Positions 7,490-17,791 of a stretch of 54,983 nucleotides of DNA are shown here, piece after piece (within the stretch, counting starts at the first letter, position 1; each line of letters opens with the position of its first letter). Below the pieces are notes generated by a model that saw only the letters and a program-made list of their open reading frames with translations, ran no database searches and was not told the origin of the DNA. Origin of the DNA: Christensenellales bacterium (GTDB taxonomy: Bacteria; Bacillota; Clostridia; Christensenellales; UBA1242); assembly GCA_051889975.1 (NCBI GenBank), contig JBJFDJ010000011.1, positions 1,573 to 56,555 of the forward strand. The letters run 5' to 3'. The position numbers and the translations under genes were made by a program.

Positions 7490-9423
7490 TACACAATCCT
7501 TTTAAACCATTTTTCTATGTCAGTTTTTTTAAGTTCAACAACAACAGGCCTTCCATGTGGACATTGCAGTTGCATTTTTTCTTCTTTCATTTGAGTTATC
7601 AAAGAGTTTACTTCGCCAGCCGACAAAATTTTGCCAGCCCTAACAGCACATTTGCAACTGTGTTGCATAAGTTTGTCAGTTATCAAATCACTTTGCTTGT
7701 AATTTTTAAAAATAGTTAAATCTTTAAAAATACTATCAAAAAATTCTTTTAAGTTGATATCTCTTAAAATTGCAGGAATGCCTGTAACCATAAATGAAAG
7801 TTGACCAAACTGTTCAATTTCAAAACCTATGCATTCTAGTTTGTTTAAATTCTCGTGCAAAAATTCAAATTCTTGCCTGTTTACATCAATGTGAAATGGC
7901 ACAAGCAAAGTTTGTTTTGTGATGTTTTTGCTGTCAACTTCTTTAACCAGTCTGTCATAGAGCAATCTTTCGTGCCCTGCGTGTTGGTCAATTATGTAAA
8001 CTTTTTGTTGTTTTTCTATGATTAAATATGTGGCAAAAATTTCACCCACAAATTTGACATCACTCGTTTCAAAAAAATCATCAGTTTTTGACTTTGCGTA
8101 TTCTGTTTCATTTAGCATTGTTTGTTGTGGCGTGCCATTTTGCTGATATTGTTTTAATGCAAGTTTGTTTAAAATGCTGTTTGAATTGTCATGCATTGCG
8201 TCACTGCTTGGCTTAAACAAATCAGTTATAAAACTGCTTGCTTTGGCAAAGTTTTGTGTGTTTTGCATAGTAGTTATTTCAACAACTTTTGGCTTTTCAT
8301 CAGCTTGTTCAGTTTCGTTTAAATCGTCAGTATTTTCTTGCAATTTTGCAGTTTGCATAGTAGCGTCAAAACTCTTGCCATCCAAAACATCCTTATATGC
8401 AAAAAAACTATTGTCAACCGATGTTATTTTTTCACAATTAACAAGTGCTGTGTTAACTGCACTAAAAACATTGCCATATATTTCGTTGCTGTTGCCAAAC
8501 CTAACTTCCATTTTGTTTGGGTGCACATTTACATCTAATTTATCAAGTGGAATTTGCAAATCTAAAACAAAAAATGGAAATCGTCCTTTCATCAAAAAGT
8601 GTTCATAAGCATTGCCTATGCATGCCGAAACAACAGGCGAGTTGACATATCTGCCATTTATGGAAAGCGTTTGATAAGTGCGATTTGGCTTTGAAAATGT
8701 TGGCAGACCTATGTATCCACTAACTTTTATGTGGCTTGTCTTGTTAAAACTATCAACTTTAATTATATTTTCGGTGGCTTGTTTGCCATACACAACATAG
8801 ATTGCATCAAGAAGATTTGTGCCTGTGCTTTGCAAAACTGTCTTGTTGTTTGAGATGTATAAAAAAGAAATATTTGGGTTGCAAAGTATGTATTTTTCAA
8901 TTAAGTTTGTTATGTCATTTGCTTCTGTTTTTGGCTTTCGCAAAAATTTTGCACGAGCAGGAACATTGTAAAACAAATCACTTACACTTATCTTTGTGCC
9001 AGTGTCTGCGCCAACAGTTGAAACCAAACTTTGTTTGCCACCTTGAATGGTGCAAAAACTGGCAAGAGTTTGGTCATAAGTCTTGCTTGTTAGTTCTATT
9101 TTTGAAACACTGGCAATGCTTGCAAGTGCTTCGCCCCTAAAACCAAGTGTTCCAATTTTTGCAAGGTCGTCGGCTGACTTTATTTTGCTTGTTGCGTGTG
9201 CAACAAAAACTTTGTCAAAGTCATCAGTTTCTATTCCACAACCATTGTCTATCACTGTGATGTTTTTTATGCCACCATCAGTTATGTCAACAGTGATTTT
9301 TGTGCTACCTGCATCTATTGCATTATCCAAAAGTTCTTTAACAACACTTGCAGGCTTTTCAACAACTTCACCCGCTGCAATTTTGTTAAAAACACTCTCG
9401 TCCAAAATATTTATTTTTGACAT
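7489..9423 (-). CDS. mutL: DNA mismatch repair protein MutL
   Basis: GHKL ATPase motifs are present (AAGEVVEKPASVVKELLDNAIDAG, DNGCGI, LGFRGEALASI). The C-terminal dimerisation and endonuclease region contains DQHAGHERLLY. Confidence 0.93.
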   Translation of the reverse strand: MSKINILDESVFNKIAAGEVVEKPASVVKELLDNAIDAGSTKITVDITDGGIKNITVIDNGCGIETDDFDKVFVAHATSKIKSADDLAKIGTLGFRGEALASIASVSKIELTSKTYDQTLASFCTIQGGKQSLVSTVGADTGTKISVSDLFYNVPARAKFLRKPKTEANDITNLIEKYILCNPNISFLYISNNKTVLQSTGTNLLDAIYVVYGKQATENIIKVDSFNKTSHIKVSGYIGLPTFSKPNRTYQTLSINGRYVNSPVVSACIGNAYEHFLMKGRFPFFVLDLQIPLDKLDVNVHPNKMEVRFGNSNEIYGNVFSAVNTALVNCEKITSVDNSFFAYKDVLDGKSFDATMQTAKLQENTDDLNETEQADEKPKVVEITTMQNTQNFAKASSFITDLFKPSSDAMHDNSNSILNKLALKQYQQNGTPQQTMLNETEYAKSKTDDFFETSDVKFVGEIFATYLIIEKQQKVYIIDQHAGHERLLYDRLVKEVDSKNITKQTLLVPFHIDVNRQEFEFLHENLNKLECIGFEIEQFGQLSFMVTGIPAILRDINLKEFFDSIFKDLTIFKNYKQSDLITDKLMQHSCKCAVRAGKILSAGEVNSLITQMKEEKMQLQCPHGRPVVVELKKTDIEKWFKRIV

Positions 9424-9501
9424 ATTTTCTCCGTTTTTTTATATGTTAAAATTTTGCTTAAAGTTTTAAATTTTTTGCCATTTGATAACACAAATTTTTT
9501 T

Positions 9502-12093
9502 TTAATCTTTAAGTTTTTCTTTTAAATCATGTATCAAACTCATTGCTTCAAATGGCGTCATTTTGTCAATTGAAACATCTTGCAAAATGTTTATGACTTC
9601 TCTCTCATTTCGTTTTGAAGCCACACTTTGTGTGTTTGATTTTTCACTTTCGGCAAGCACTTTGTTGTTGACATCTGCCTGTTCAAGTGACTTTAAAATC
9701 TCTTTTGCCCTTGAAATAACATTTTGTGGCAAACCTGCAAGTTTTGCAACTTCAATGCCAAAACTTCTGTTTGCACCACCACGAACAATTTTGCGCAAAA
9801 AGATTATTGAGCCATCAAATTCTCTTACATTTATTCTGTAATTTTTAACACCTTTTAAATTGCCTTCTAGTTCTGTTAACTCGTGATAATGAGTGCTAAA
9901 AAGCGTTTTTGAAACCAAGTTTTGACTTATGTAGTCCATAACAGCCCAAGCAATAGAAAGCCCGTCAAAAGTGCTTGTTCCTCTTCCAATTTCATCAAGC
10001 AAAATTAAACTATCTGGTGTTGCGTTGCGCAAGATGTTGGCAACTTCGGTCATTTCAACCATAAAAGTGCTTTGACCATAAGCTAGGTCATCTGTTGCTC
10101 CAATTCTAGTAAAAATTCGGTCAGTAATTGGGATTTGAGCAGATTTTGCTGGCACAAAACTGCCAATGTGAGCCATGAGAGTGATAACGGCAACTTGCCT
10201 CATATATGTTGACTTTCCTGCCATATTTGGCCCTGTGATTATCATGGTTCTGTTGTCTTGTTTGTCAAGCAAAGTGTCGTTTGGAACAAAGCCATCTTTT
10301 GAAATGACTTCCACAATAGGATGTCTGCCGTCTATGATTTGCAATGCTTCACTTTTGTCAACAATGTTTGGCTTGACAAGATTGTTTTTAACTGCAACCG
10401 TTGCCAAACTTGTTAAAACATCCAAATATGCTATAAAACTTGCAGTTGTTTTAAGGCTTGGCAGATATTCAAGCAATTTTTCACGCAACTCGGCAAAGAG
10501 TTTTTGTTCAAGTTTTAATGCTCTTTCTTCACTGCCCAAAATCTTTTGTTCAATCTCCAAAAGTTCGGGTGTGACATATCTTTCGCAATTTGCAAGTGTT
10601 TGCTTGCGTTGATATCTAAATGGAATAAGCTCTTTTTGGCTGTTTGGAACTTCTATGTAATATCCGAAAATGTGATTGTATTTAATTTTTAGCCCTTTGA
10701 TATTTGTTTCGGCAATCTCTTGATTTTGAAGTTGCGTTATCCAATTTCTTCCTTCGGTTGACGCAAGGCGAAGTTCGTCAAGTTCTTCGCTGTATCCCTG
10801 TTTGATAAATCCACCATCTTTTGTGTTTGTTGGCGCATCTTCAATTATGGCGCTGTTTAAAAGTTCACAAACATCAATATGTTCGTCTATGTGTTGTTGT
10901 ATATAATTTAAAACTTTGCTGTTTGTTGTTTTAAGCAGTTCTTTGATTTGTGGAAGAACTTTTAAACTTTTTTCTATGCTGTTGCAATCGCATGGCTTTA
11001 AGGAATTGTAACTGATGCGACCACAAAGTCGTTCCAAGTCTTTTATTTGTGACAACAACTCAATTATGCTTTCGCGCTTGATTATGTTTTTATATAGTTC
11101 TTCTACGCCATCTTGTCTTAATTTAATTTCTTTTATGTCTTGCAAAGGTTCTTCAACAAATTTTCTCAAAAGCCTTGTTCCCATGCTTGTTGAAGTTTTG
11201 TTTAAATACCACAAAATCGTTCCATAAGTGCCACCATCACGCGAATTGCTTGTGATTTCCAAGTTTTTGCGAGTTACATAGTCTAAATGCATATTGTTTG
11301 AGTAGCAAATATACTTAACGCCATTGATATGAGATAAACTGCGTTTTTGAGTGTCTAAAAGATATGCAACAAGCCCACCACAAGCGCAAACAGATGAAGT
11401 TTTGTCATCTAAATCAAAAGGTTTTAAAGATATGCAACCAAATTGTTTTTTTAATTGTTCTGTTGCCTTTGATTTTTCAAAACTAGCATCAAAATAGCAA
11501 GTAAATTTTGGCAAAGATTTGCGTTCTAGCATATTAAAACTTTCTTCTAACAACTTTGCCTCTGAATTGCAAATGATTTCGGCAGGAGATATCATTGTGA
11601 GTATATCGTTGATTTTGTCATAAGACGCATCTTTGTCAAACTCTGTTGCATACATTTCGCCAGTTGAAATATCGCACCAACTAAGTCCATAGCCGTTTTT
11701 AGAAGCATAAAGAGATGCAAGGAAATTATTTTTGTTTTGGTCCAAAATTTCACTTTCCATAACTGTTCCCGGCGTGATAACTCTTATTACATCGCGCTCG
11801 ACAATTTGACCGGGTTTTGGCTCGGTTAACTGCTCGCAAATTGCAAGTTTATAGCCTAATTCAAGCGCTTTTGCAATGTAAATATCAACTGCTTTTACAG
11901 GGATTCCACACATTGGCGCGCGTTTTTCAAGACCACAATCTTTGCCAGTTAAAGTTAAATCTAACTCTTTGCTCATAAGTTCGGCGTCTTCAAAAAACAT
12001 CTCGTAAAAATCACCCAGACGATAAAAAATAATGCAATCTTTGTATTTTTCTTTGACTTCTAAATAATGAGCCATCATCTTTGATATAGCCAT
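9502..12093 (-). CDS. mutS: DNA mismatch repair protein MutS
   Basis: The N-terminus MMAHYLEVKEKY...FYRLGDFYEMFFEDA, Walker A GPNMAGKST, and the DEIGRGTSTFDG and STHYHEL motifs are all present. Confidence 0.95.
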   Translation of the reverse strand: MAISKMMAHYLEVKEKYKDCIIFYRLGDFYEMFFEDAELMSKELDLTLTGKDCGLEKRAPMCGIPVKAVDIYIAKALELGYKLAICEQLTEPKPGQIVERDVIRVITPGTVMESEILDQNKNNFLASLYASKNGYGLSWCDISTGEMYATEFDKDASYDKINDILTMISPAEIICNSEAKLLEESFNMLERKSLPKFTCYFDASFEKSKATEQLKKQFGCISLKPFDLDDKTSSVCACGGLVAYLLDTQKRSLSHINGVKYICYSNNMHLDYVTRKNLEITSNSRDGGTYGTILWYLNKTSTSMGTRLLRKFVEEPLQDIKEIKLRQDGVEELYKNIIKRESIIELLSQIKDLERLCGRISYNSLKPCDCNSIEKSLKVLPQIKELLKTTNSKVLNYIQQHIDEHIDVCELLNSAIIEDAPTNTKDGGFIKQGYSEELDELRLASTEGRNWITQLQNQEIAETNIKGLKIKYNHIFGYYIEVPNSQKELIPFRYQRKQTLANCERYVTPELLEIEQKILGSEERALKLEQKLFAELREKLLEYLPSLKTTASFIAYLDVLTSLATVAVKNNLVKPNIVDKSEALQIIDGRHPIVEVISKDGFVPNDTLLDKQDNRTMIITGPNMAGKSTYMRQVAVITLMAHIGSFVPAKSAQIPITDRIFTRIGATDDLAYGQSTFMVEMTEVANILRNATPDSLILLDEIGRGTSTFDGLSIAWAVMDYISQNLVSKTLFSTHYHELTELEGNLKGVKNYRINVREFDGSIIFLRKIVRGGANRSFGIEVAKLAGLPQNVISRAKEILKSLEQADVNNKVLAESEKSNTQSVASKRNEREVINILQDVSIDKMTPFEAMSLIHDLKEKLKD

Positions 12094-12306
12094 AAATTTT
12101 TGGCAGATAAACTGCCTTTCTCCTTTGTGTTTTTTTGTGTTGTTTTGCTTTTAACTTGCAAATTTTTTAAATTTTGCAGTTCATTATTTTTTTAATTTTA
12201 ACTTTTTTTTAACAACTAATTTTTTTGATTTTTTTTAATATTATTTTTGTTTGATTTATCAATGATTTTTTTCTACATTTAATCGTTTAAAAACATTAAA
12301 ATTGTT

Positions 12307-13620
12307 TTAAACAATTTGTGCAATTAACTTTGTGTTTTTTATGTCTGTAATTTTAACTTTTACAAAATCAACTTTAAACTCTGTTGCGTTTTCAATTATG
12401 ACATTTATGCCACAATCAGTTTTTGCAAAAACCTTGCCTGATTTTCGCTCTGTCATCAAAACAGTTATTTCTTTGCCAAGATATCTTTTAAGTTTTTGTT
12501 GTTCTATTTGGCGTTGCAACGCCAACAATCTGTTAACTCGTTCTTTTTTGTCTTTTGCCAAAACTTGTCCATCAAAACTTGCGGCAGGTGTTCCACTTCG
12601 CTTGCTATACATAAACCCAAAAACCGTGTTGTATTGCACCTTTTTAAGAAGGTCCAATGTTGCTTGAAAATCTTGCTCTGTTTCGGTTGGAAAGCCAACT
12701 ATGATATCTGTGCTTAAATTTACATCTGGCAAGTATTTTTTTATCATTTCAATTGTTTTTAAGTAGTGTTCTGTTGTATAGTTTCGGTTCATCAGTTTTA
12801 AAATACGGTCACTGCCACTTTGCACAGGCAGGTGTATCATATGGCTTATGTGTTTGCTTGTGGCAATTGTTTTAACAACTTCTTCGCTTAAATCTTTTGG
12901 GTGAGATGTTAAAAATTTAATTATAAAATCACCTTGCAAGCCGTCAACTGCCTTTAAGAGTTCGGCAAAATTATCTTTGCCATTGTTAAAGGTGTTGCCA
13001 TAAGAGTTTACATTTTGACCAAGCAAAGTTACGACTTTGTAGCCCTCGGCAATGAGCATTTTGCACTCGTTGACAATGTCTTGCATAGGGCGAGAACGCT
13101 CTCTGCCACGCACATAAGGAACAATGCAATATGAACAAAAATTGTTGCAACCATAGGTTATGTTTACCCAAGCATTGTAACCACTTGTGCGATAACTTTT
13201 AACTTCAACTGGAAGTTTGCCATCGTCATCAACAACTTGATATACTCTCTTTTTTTGCTGTTTAACATTTTGCAAATATTCTTTAAACTTAAAACTGTTA
13301 TGTGTGCCAAAAACTATGTTTACAAAAGGAAAAGTTTTGTATATTTTTTCTGCCATCTCCTTTTGTTGAGCCATACAACCACACACAGCAATTATCAAGT
13401 CTTTTTTTTGCTTTTTAAGTGGCTTTAATGCACCAATGTTGCCAAGTGCTTTGTGCTCGGCGGCTTCCCTAACACAACAAGTGTTAAAAACAATGACATC
13501 TGCTTTGTTGTCATCTTCTGTTGGCTTGTAACCAAGTTCTTCAAGTGTGCCAGCAAGTTTTTCGCTTTCGTGAACATTCATTTGGCATCCAAATGTAACA
13601 ATTTTGTAATATTCTTGCAT
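12307..13620 (-). CDS. miaB: tRNA-2-methylthio-N6-dimethylallyladenosine synthase
   Basis: The UPF0004 N-domain (TFGCQMNVHESE), the radical SAM motif CNNFCSYC and a C-terminal TRAM domain are present. I prefer the ATG at 13620 with GGAG 6 nt upstream. The ORF track starts at 13632 (TTG). Confidence 0.88.
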   Translation of the reverse strand: MQEYYKIVTFGCQMNVHESEKLAGTLEELGYKPTEDDNKADVIVFNTCCVREAAEHKALGNIGALKPLKKQKKDLIIAVCGCMAQQKEMAEKIYKTFPFVNIVFGTHNSFKFKEYLQNVKQQKKRVYQVVDDDGKLPVEVKSYRTSGYNAWVNITYGCNNFCSYCIVPYVRGRERSRPMQDIVNECKMLIAEGYKVVTLLGQNVNSYGNTFNNGKDNFAELLKAVDGLQGDFIIKFLTSHPKDLSEEVVKTIATSKHISHMIHLPVQSGSDRILKLMNRNYTTEHYLKTIEMIKKYLPDVNLSTDIIVGFPTETEQDFQATLDLLKKVQYNTVFGFMYSKRSGTPAASFDGQVLAKDKKERVNRLLALQRQIEQQKLKRYLGKEITVLMTERKSGKVFAKTDCGINVIIENATEFKVDFVKVKITDIKNTKLIAQIV

Positions 13621-13783
13621 AATAATCTCCAATAGGAATTATACAATGTTTTTTTATAATTTGCTACTAAAAATTGAAATTTATGTCATTTATTATATAA
13701 AATATATAATAAACGAAGTTAATTTGATTGTTTTGAACAAATATATTTGCATAAAATTTGTGGCAAATAGCAAAATAAATTGT

Positions 13784-16057
13784 ATGAAAAAGTTTGTTAA
13801 GATATCTTTAATATCACTTTCGGCAATACTACTTTTGATAGGTGTTGTTTTTGGTGGCTTTTTTGTGTATATAAACACATCACAACGAGATGTTCAATTT
13901 AACAAAGAACTGTTGCAAGAAGCAAATGCAACAATTGATATTTATGACATAAACAATGAAAAAATAAATGATGAAATTGGCAAAAAGGCACTTGTTAAAT
14001 ACGAAGAACTGCCTAACTATGTTAAAAATGCATTTGTGAGCATAGAAGACAAAGATTTTTATAAACACAACGGATTAAATTACAAGCGCATTGCAAAGGC
14101 TTTTATCAACAACATAAAAAGTCGTTCGTTAAAAGAAGGCGCAAGCACAATAAGTCAGCAACTCATAAAAAACACACATCTATCAAGTGAAAAGACAATA
14201 AAGCGAAAACTCGACGAAATGTCACTTGCCATTCAACTTGAAAAAACTTTTACAAAGGATGAAATTTTGGAAACATACTTAAATGTAATATATTTTGGCA
14301 GTGGCGCATATGGGCTTGAAAATGCCAGTGAAATCTATTTTGGCAAGACAGCCAATGAACTGACTATTGCCGAAAGTGCCACTCTTGCAGGAATGATAAA
14401 ATCGCCAAAAACATATTCGCCAGTGTTAAATATGGAAAAGTCACTTGAAAGGCGGAACTTGGTTTTAAGTGAAATGAAAAAGGATGGCGTTATAACCGAG
14501 CAAGAATATCAAACTGCAAAAAATCAACCAATCGTTTTGACTTTAACCAAAAAGACCACAAAAAATTTTTATGAAGAAGCAACTATCAAGGAAGCAATGT
14601 CTGTTTTGGGCGTGACCGAACAAGAACTTGCACTTGGTGGCTATAAGATATTTACATATCAAAACCCAGTTGACCAAAAATCTTTGACAAACACCATTAT
14701 AAATGAAGATTATTACTCAAAAAACTCCTTTGGCAACATTGCTGACGGATGTGGTGTTGTGATAGACAACGCAACTGGTGGAATAACTGCCTTTGATGGC
14801 AAAAGCATTTATGATATAATAAATATGAAGCGCAGTCCCGGAAGCAGTATAAAGCCAATTTTAGTCTATGCCCCAGCTTTAGAAAATGGAAAGATAAGCC
14901 CCATCACTCCAATACTAGACGAAAAGACAAGTTTTGGAGATTACAAGCCACAAAATGTTGGCGACCAATACTATGGCTGGATTGATGTAACAAAGTCTGT
15001 TGAAAAGAGTTTAAACATTCCAGCAATAAAAATTATGCAAATAAACGGGATTGAAAACTGCAAAAAAATTGCTTCTAATTGTGGCATAAAATTTTGCGAT
15101 GCCGACAAAAACTATGCCTTGGCACTGGGCGCTTTGACAAACGGAACAACTGTTGTTGAACTTGCAAACACATATCTTCCATTTGCCAACAATGGCTGTT
15201 TTATATCTGCAAAATTTATCAAAAAAATTTGCAACAAAGATGGCAACGTGATATATGAAAACGCGCAAGAAAAAAAGCAAGTTATAAGCAAAGAAACTGC
15301 ATATTTGATGACGGAAATGCTGATAAGTGGTGTTAAAAAAGGAACGAGTTGTCGGCTTAATAGTTTAGGCTTTGAAATTGCAGGAAAAACTGGCACTGTT
15401 GGTATAAAAAATACAAACTTAAACAGTGATGTTTGGAGTGTTGGTTACACACCACAAAAAACGGTTTGTTGTTGGCTTGGCAACAGCACAGGCGACAAGG
15501 AATATATGCTAGAAGGCAAAAATAACGGCGGAACTTTTTGCACAAGCATTGTTAGGGACACCTTTGTAAACCTTGACATTGACAAAACTGCCAAATTTGA
15601 TAGGCCAGAAAATATTGTTAGCGTAAATTTAGACTTGATGTCACTTGAAAAAGAACACGTTTTGCGTGTTGCAAATGACTTGACACCAGACAGATACAAA
15701 ATTAAAGCAAACTTTAACAAAAAATATGCTCCAACTACCCTTGCCAAACCTTTTGAAATTTTAAACTATGTTACTTTAAATGGATATTTAAAAGACAAAA
15801 AACCAGTTATTAAATTTGATGCAATAAAAAGTGCAACATACAAACTCTATCGCATTGAAGAAGACACCTGCAAACTGCTAAAAGTATTCAACAGCACAAG
15901 TGGAAAACAAGAGTTTGTTGACAAAAATGCAAATGATGACACAAATTACATATATTATGTTGAATGCTTAACAGATGAAGGCAAAACAATAAAGTCTAAT
16001 TCGGTTAAAATTAAAACAAGTGGTAGCACACTTAAAAAAATGTTTAATATGTGGTAA
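13784..16057 (+). CDS. Class A penicillin-binding protein (transglycosylase/transpeptidase) with a C-terminal beta-rich domain
   Basis: A TM anchor (MKKFVKISLISLSAILLLIG) is followed by the GT51 motifs EDKDFYKHNG and GASTISQQL. The transpeptidase motifs SSIKP (SxxK) and KTGT are also present. The ORF-track start at 13646 adds an implausible leader, so I chose the ATG at 13784. Confidence 0.85.
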   Translation: MKKFVKISLISLSAILLLIGVVFGGFFVYINTSQRDVQFNKELLQEANATIDIYDINNEKINDEIGKKALVKYEELPNYVKNAFVSIEDKDFYKHNGLNYKRIAKAFINNIKSRSLKEGASTISQQLIKNTHLSSEKTIKRKLDEMSLAIQLEKTFTKDEILETYLNVIYFGSGAYGLENASEIYFGKTANELTIAESATLAGMIKSPKTYSPVLNMEKSLERRNLVLSEMKKDGVITEQEYQTAKNQPIVLTLTKKTTKNFYEEATIKEAMSVLGVTEQELALGGYKIFTYQNPVDQKSLTNTIINEDYYSKNSFGNIADGCGVVIDNATGGITAFDGKSIYDIINMKRSPGSSIKPILVYAPALENGKISPITPILDEKTSFGDYKPQNVGDQYYGWIDVTKSVEKSLNIPAIKIMQINGIENCKKIASNCGIKFCDADKNYALALGALTNGTTVVELANTYLPFANNGCFISAKFIKKICNKDGNVIYENAQEKKQVISKETAYLMTEMLISGVKKGTSCRLNSLGFEIAGKTGTVGIKNTNLNSDVWSVGYTPQKTVCCWLGNSTGDKEYMLEGKNNGGTFCTSIVRDTFVNLDIDKTAKFDRPENIVSVNLDLMSLEKEHVLRVANDLTPDRYKIKANFNKKYAPTTLAKPFEILNYVTLNGYLKDKKPVIKFDAIKSATYKLYRIEEDTCKLLKVFNSTSGKQEFVDKNANDDTNYIYYVECLTDEGKTIKSNSVKIKTSGSTLKKMFNMW

Positions 16058-16117
16058 ATGTTTGCATACCACCCCGAAAATACTGACAAAAACACTACTA
16101 TGCAAACTTTTTGCAAC

Positions 16118-16149
16118 AAAAAAAGATAGGCGCTTTTGCCTATCTTTTA
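16118..16149. terminator. Bidirectional terminator between the convergent PBP and recA genes
   Basis: The stem agataggc / gcctatct (16124-16131 / 16138-16145) has an A-run before it and a T-run after it. Confidence 0.7.
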
Positions 16150-17142
16150 TTTTGCTTTTTTAAACAAAATATCTTTAACTTTGTCTTCTATTTCGGTGCG
16201 AAGTGGTTCGTTTTGTTCAAGATAATTTTTAACATTTTCTTTACCTTGACCAATTTTTTGGTCATTGTAACTAAACCAAGAACCACTCTTTTCTACAATG
16301 CCATTTTCGATGGCAATGTCAATCAAGCAACCAATTTTGCTGATACCTGTGCCATACATAAGGTCAAATTCGGCTGTTTTAAATGGACTTGCCAATTTAT
16401 TTTTTACAACTTTAACCCTTGTTTTGTTGCCTATGAAATCACTGCCATCTTTGATTGTGTCAACTTTTCGCACATCAAGTCTTATGCTAGAATAAAATTT
16501 AAGTGCTTTGCCACCCGGTGTTGTTTCTGGCGAACCAAACATAACGCCAACTTTTTCACGCAATTGGTTGATGAATACAACGCAAGTTTTTGTTTTGTTA
16601 ACAATGGCTGTTAATTTGCGAAGTGCTTGGCTCATAAGCCTTGCTTGCAAACCAATAAAGTTCTCTCCCATTTCGCCATCAATTTCGGCCTTTGGTGTTA
16701 AAGCGGCAACAGAGTCAACAATAATGATGTCAACAGCGCCACTCTTTACAAGGCTTTCACAGATGTCAAGTGCTTGTTCGCCTGTGTCTGGCTGAGATAT
16801 GTAGAGTTCGTCCATATTAACGCCAATTTTGCTTGCATAAACTGGGTCCAAGGCATGTTCGGCATCAATGAATGCAGCTGTTCCACCAAGTTTTTGGGCT
16901 TCGGCAACAACATGAAGTGCAACAGTTGTTTTACCACTGCTTTCTGGTCCATAAATTTCTATAATTCTTCCACGAGGCAAACCACCAATGCCAAGTGCAC
17001 TGTCAAGTGTTAAACAGCCTGTTGGAATGACTTCTACATTTTGAACAACATCTTGGCTCATTTTCATAATAGAACCTTTGCCAAATTGCTTTTCTATGCT
17101 GGCAATGGCTAGTTCTAGTGCTTTCTTTTTATTTTCTTCCAT
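16147..17142 (-). CDS. recA: Recombinase RecA
   Basis: [19 protein letters not shown], Walker [10 protein letters not shown] and the canonical RecA core are present. An AGGAG SD lies 5 nt upstream. Confidence 0.97.
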   Translation of the reverse strand: MEENKKKALELAIASIEKQFGKGSIMKMSQDVVQNVEVIPTGCLTLDSALGIGGLPRGRIIEIYGPESSGKTTVALHVVAEAQKLGGTAAFIDAEHALDPVYASKIGVNMDELYISQPDTGEQALDICESLVKSGAVDIIIVDSVAALTPKAEIDGEMGENFIGLQARLMSQALRKLTAIVNKTKTCVVFINQLREKVGVMFGSPETTPGGKALKFYSSIRLDVRKVDTIKDGSDFIGNKTRVKVVKNKLASPFKTAEFDLMYGTGISKIGCLIDIAIENGIVEKSGSWFSYNDQKIGQGKENVKNYLEQNEPLRTEIEDKVKDILFKKAK

Positions 17143-17188
17143 ACAATCTCCTAATCAAACTTATTATAGCACAAATGTTTGATAAAAT

Positions 17189-17791
17189 CTACTTATTTTG
17201 CGCAAATATTGCTTTATTTTTTATCATATATGCAATTAATGAAATAATAGTAAGTAGCACACACAAAATTAGCAATGCATATCCCACCCAAGCAAATATG
17301 GTCATAAATGTTGATGTCGCTTCAAATACGCCATTTACACTTGCAAGCATTTTAAAACCTGCAAAGCACATCAAAACAGGAAGTGCAACATCTTGCGCAA
17401 AAGTTTTATATTTGCCTATTTTATCTGCTGCAATAACAACTCCCTTTGTTGAAGCAACTTGTCTTAACATATTTATTGCAAGGTCGCGTCCTATGATTAT
17501 GGCAAGAGAAATTGCCCCAAAAGGCGCTGGAACTGTTCCATCGCAACAAATCAAAATCAATGCACAAGTTACAAGCATTTTGTCAGCTATCGGGTCAAGG
17601 AATTTGCCCAAATCAGTTACAAGGTTATATTTTCTGGCAATCTTGCCATCCAAAAAGTCAGTTATCGCACCTATGATGAACAAACCCGTTGCAATAAATT
17701 TGCCATAAGGCACAAAATCTGCCAAATAAAAGAACATCATTATTGGCACAATAATCATACGCGTTAAACTCAATTTGTTTGGTAAGTTCAT
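17189..17791 (-). CDS. pgsA: CDP-diacylglycerol--glycerol-3-phosphate 3-phosphatidyltransferase
   Basis: The CDP-alcohol phosphotransferase motif DFLDGKIARKYNLVTDLGKFLDPIADK is present and the protein is a multi-TM membrane protein. The pgsA-recA adjacency is typical of Firmicutes. Confidence 0.88.
   Translation of the reverse strand: MNLPNKLSLTRMIIVPIMMFFYLADFVPYGKFIATGLFIIGAITDFLDGKIARKYNLVTDLGKFLDPIADKMLVTCALILICCDGTVPAPFGAISLAIIIGRDLAINMLRQVASTKGVVIAADKIGKYKTFAQDVALPVLMCFAGFKMLASVNGVFEATSTFMTIFAWVGYALLILCVLLTIISLIAYMIKNKAIFAQNK

Noticed and set aside
8165-8608. Long antisense ORFs in the six-frame track opposite well-supported genes. Examples: 625-978, 995-1357, 8165-8608, 9083-9469, 10175-10612, 16111-16614, 17118-17708, 21372-21752, 27883-28332, 51326-51847.
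   Set aside because: Each lies fully inside a confidently identified gene on the other strand. Each translates to Phe/Leu/Ser/Cys-rich low-complexity sequence with no motifs and lacks SD signals. These are typical shadow ORFs of AT-rich DNA.
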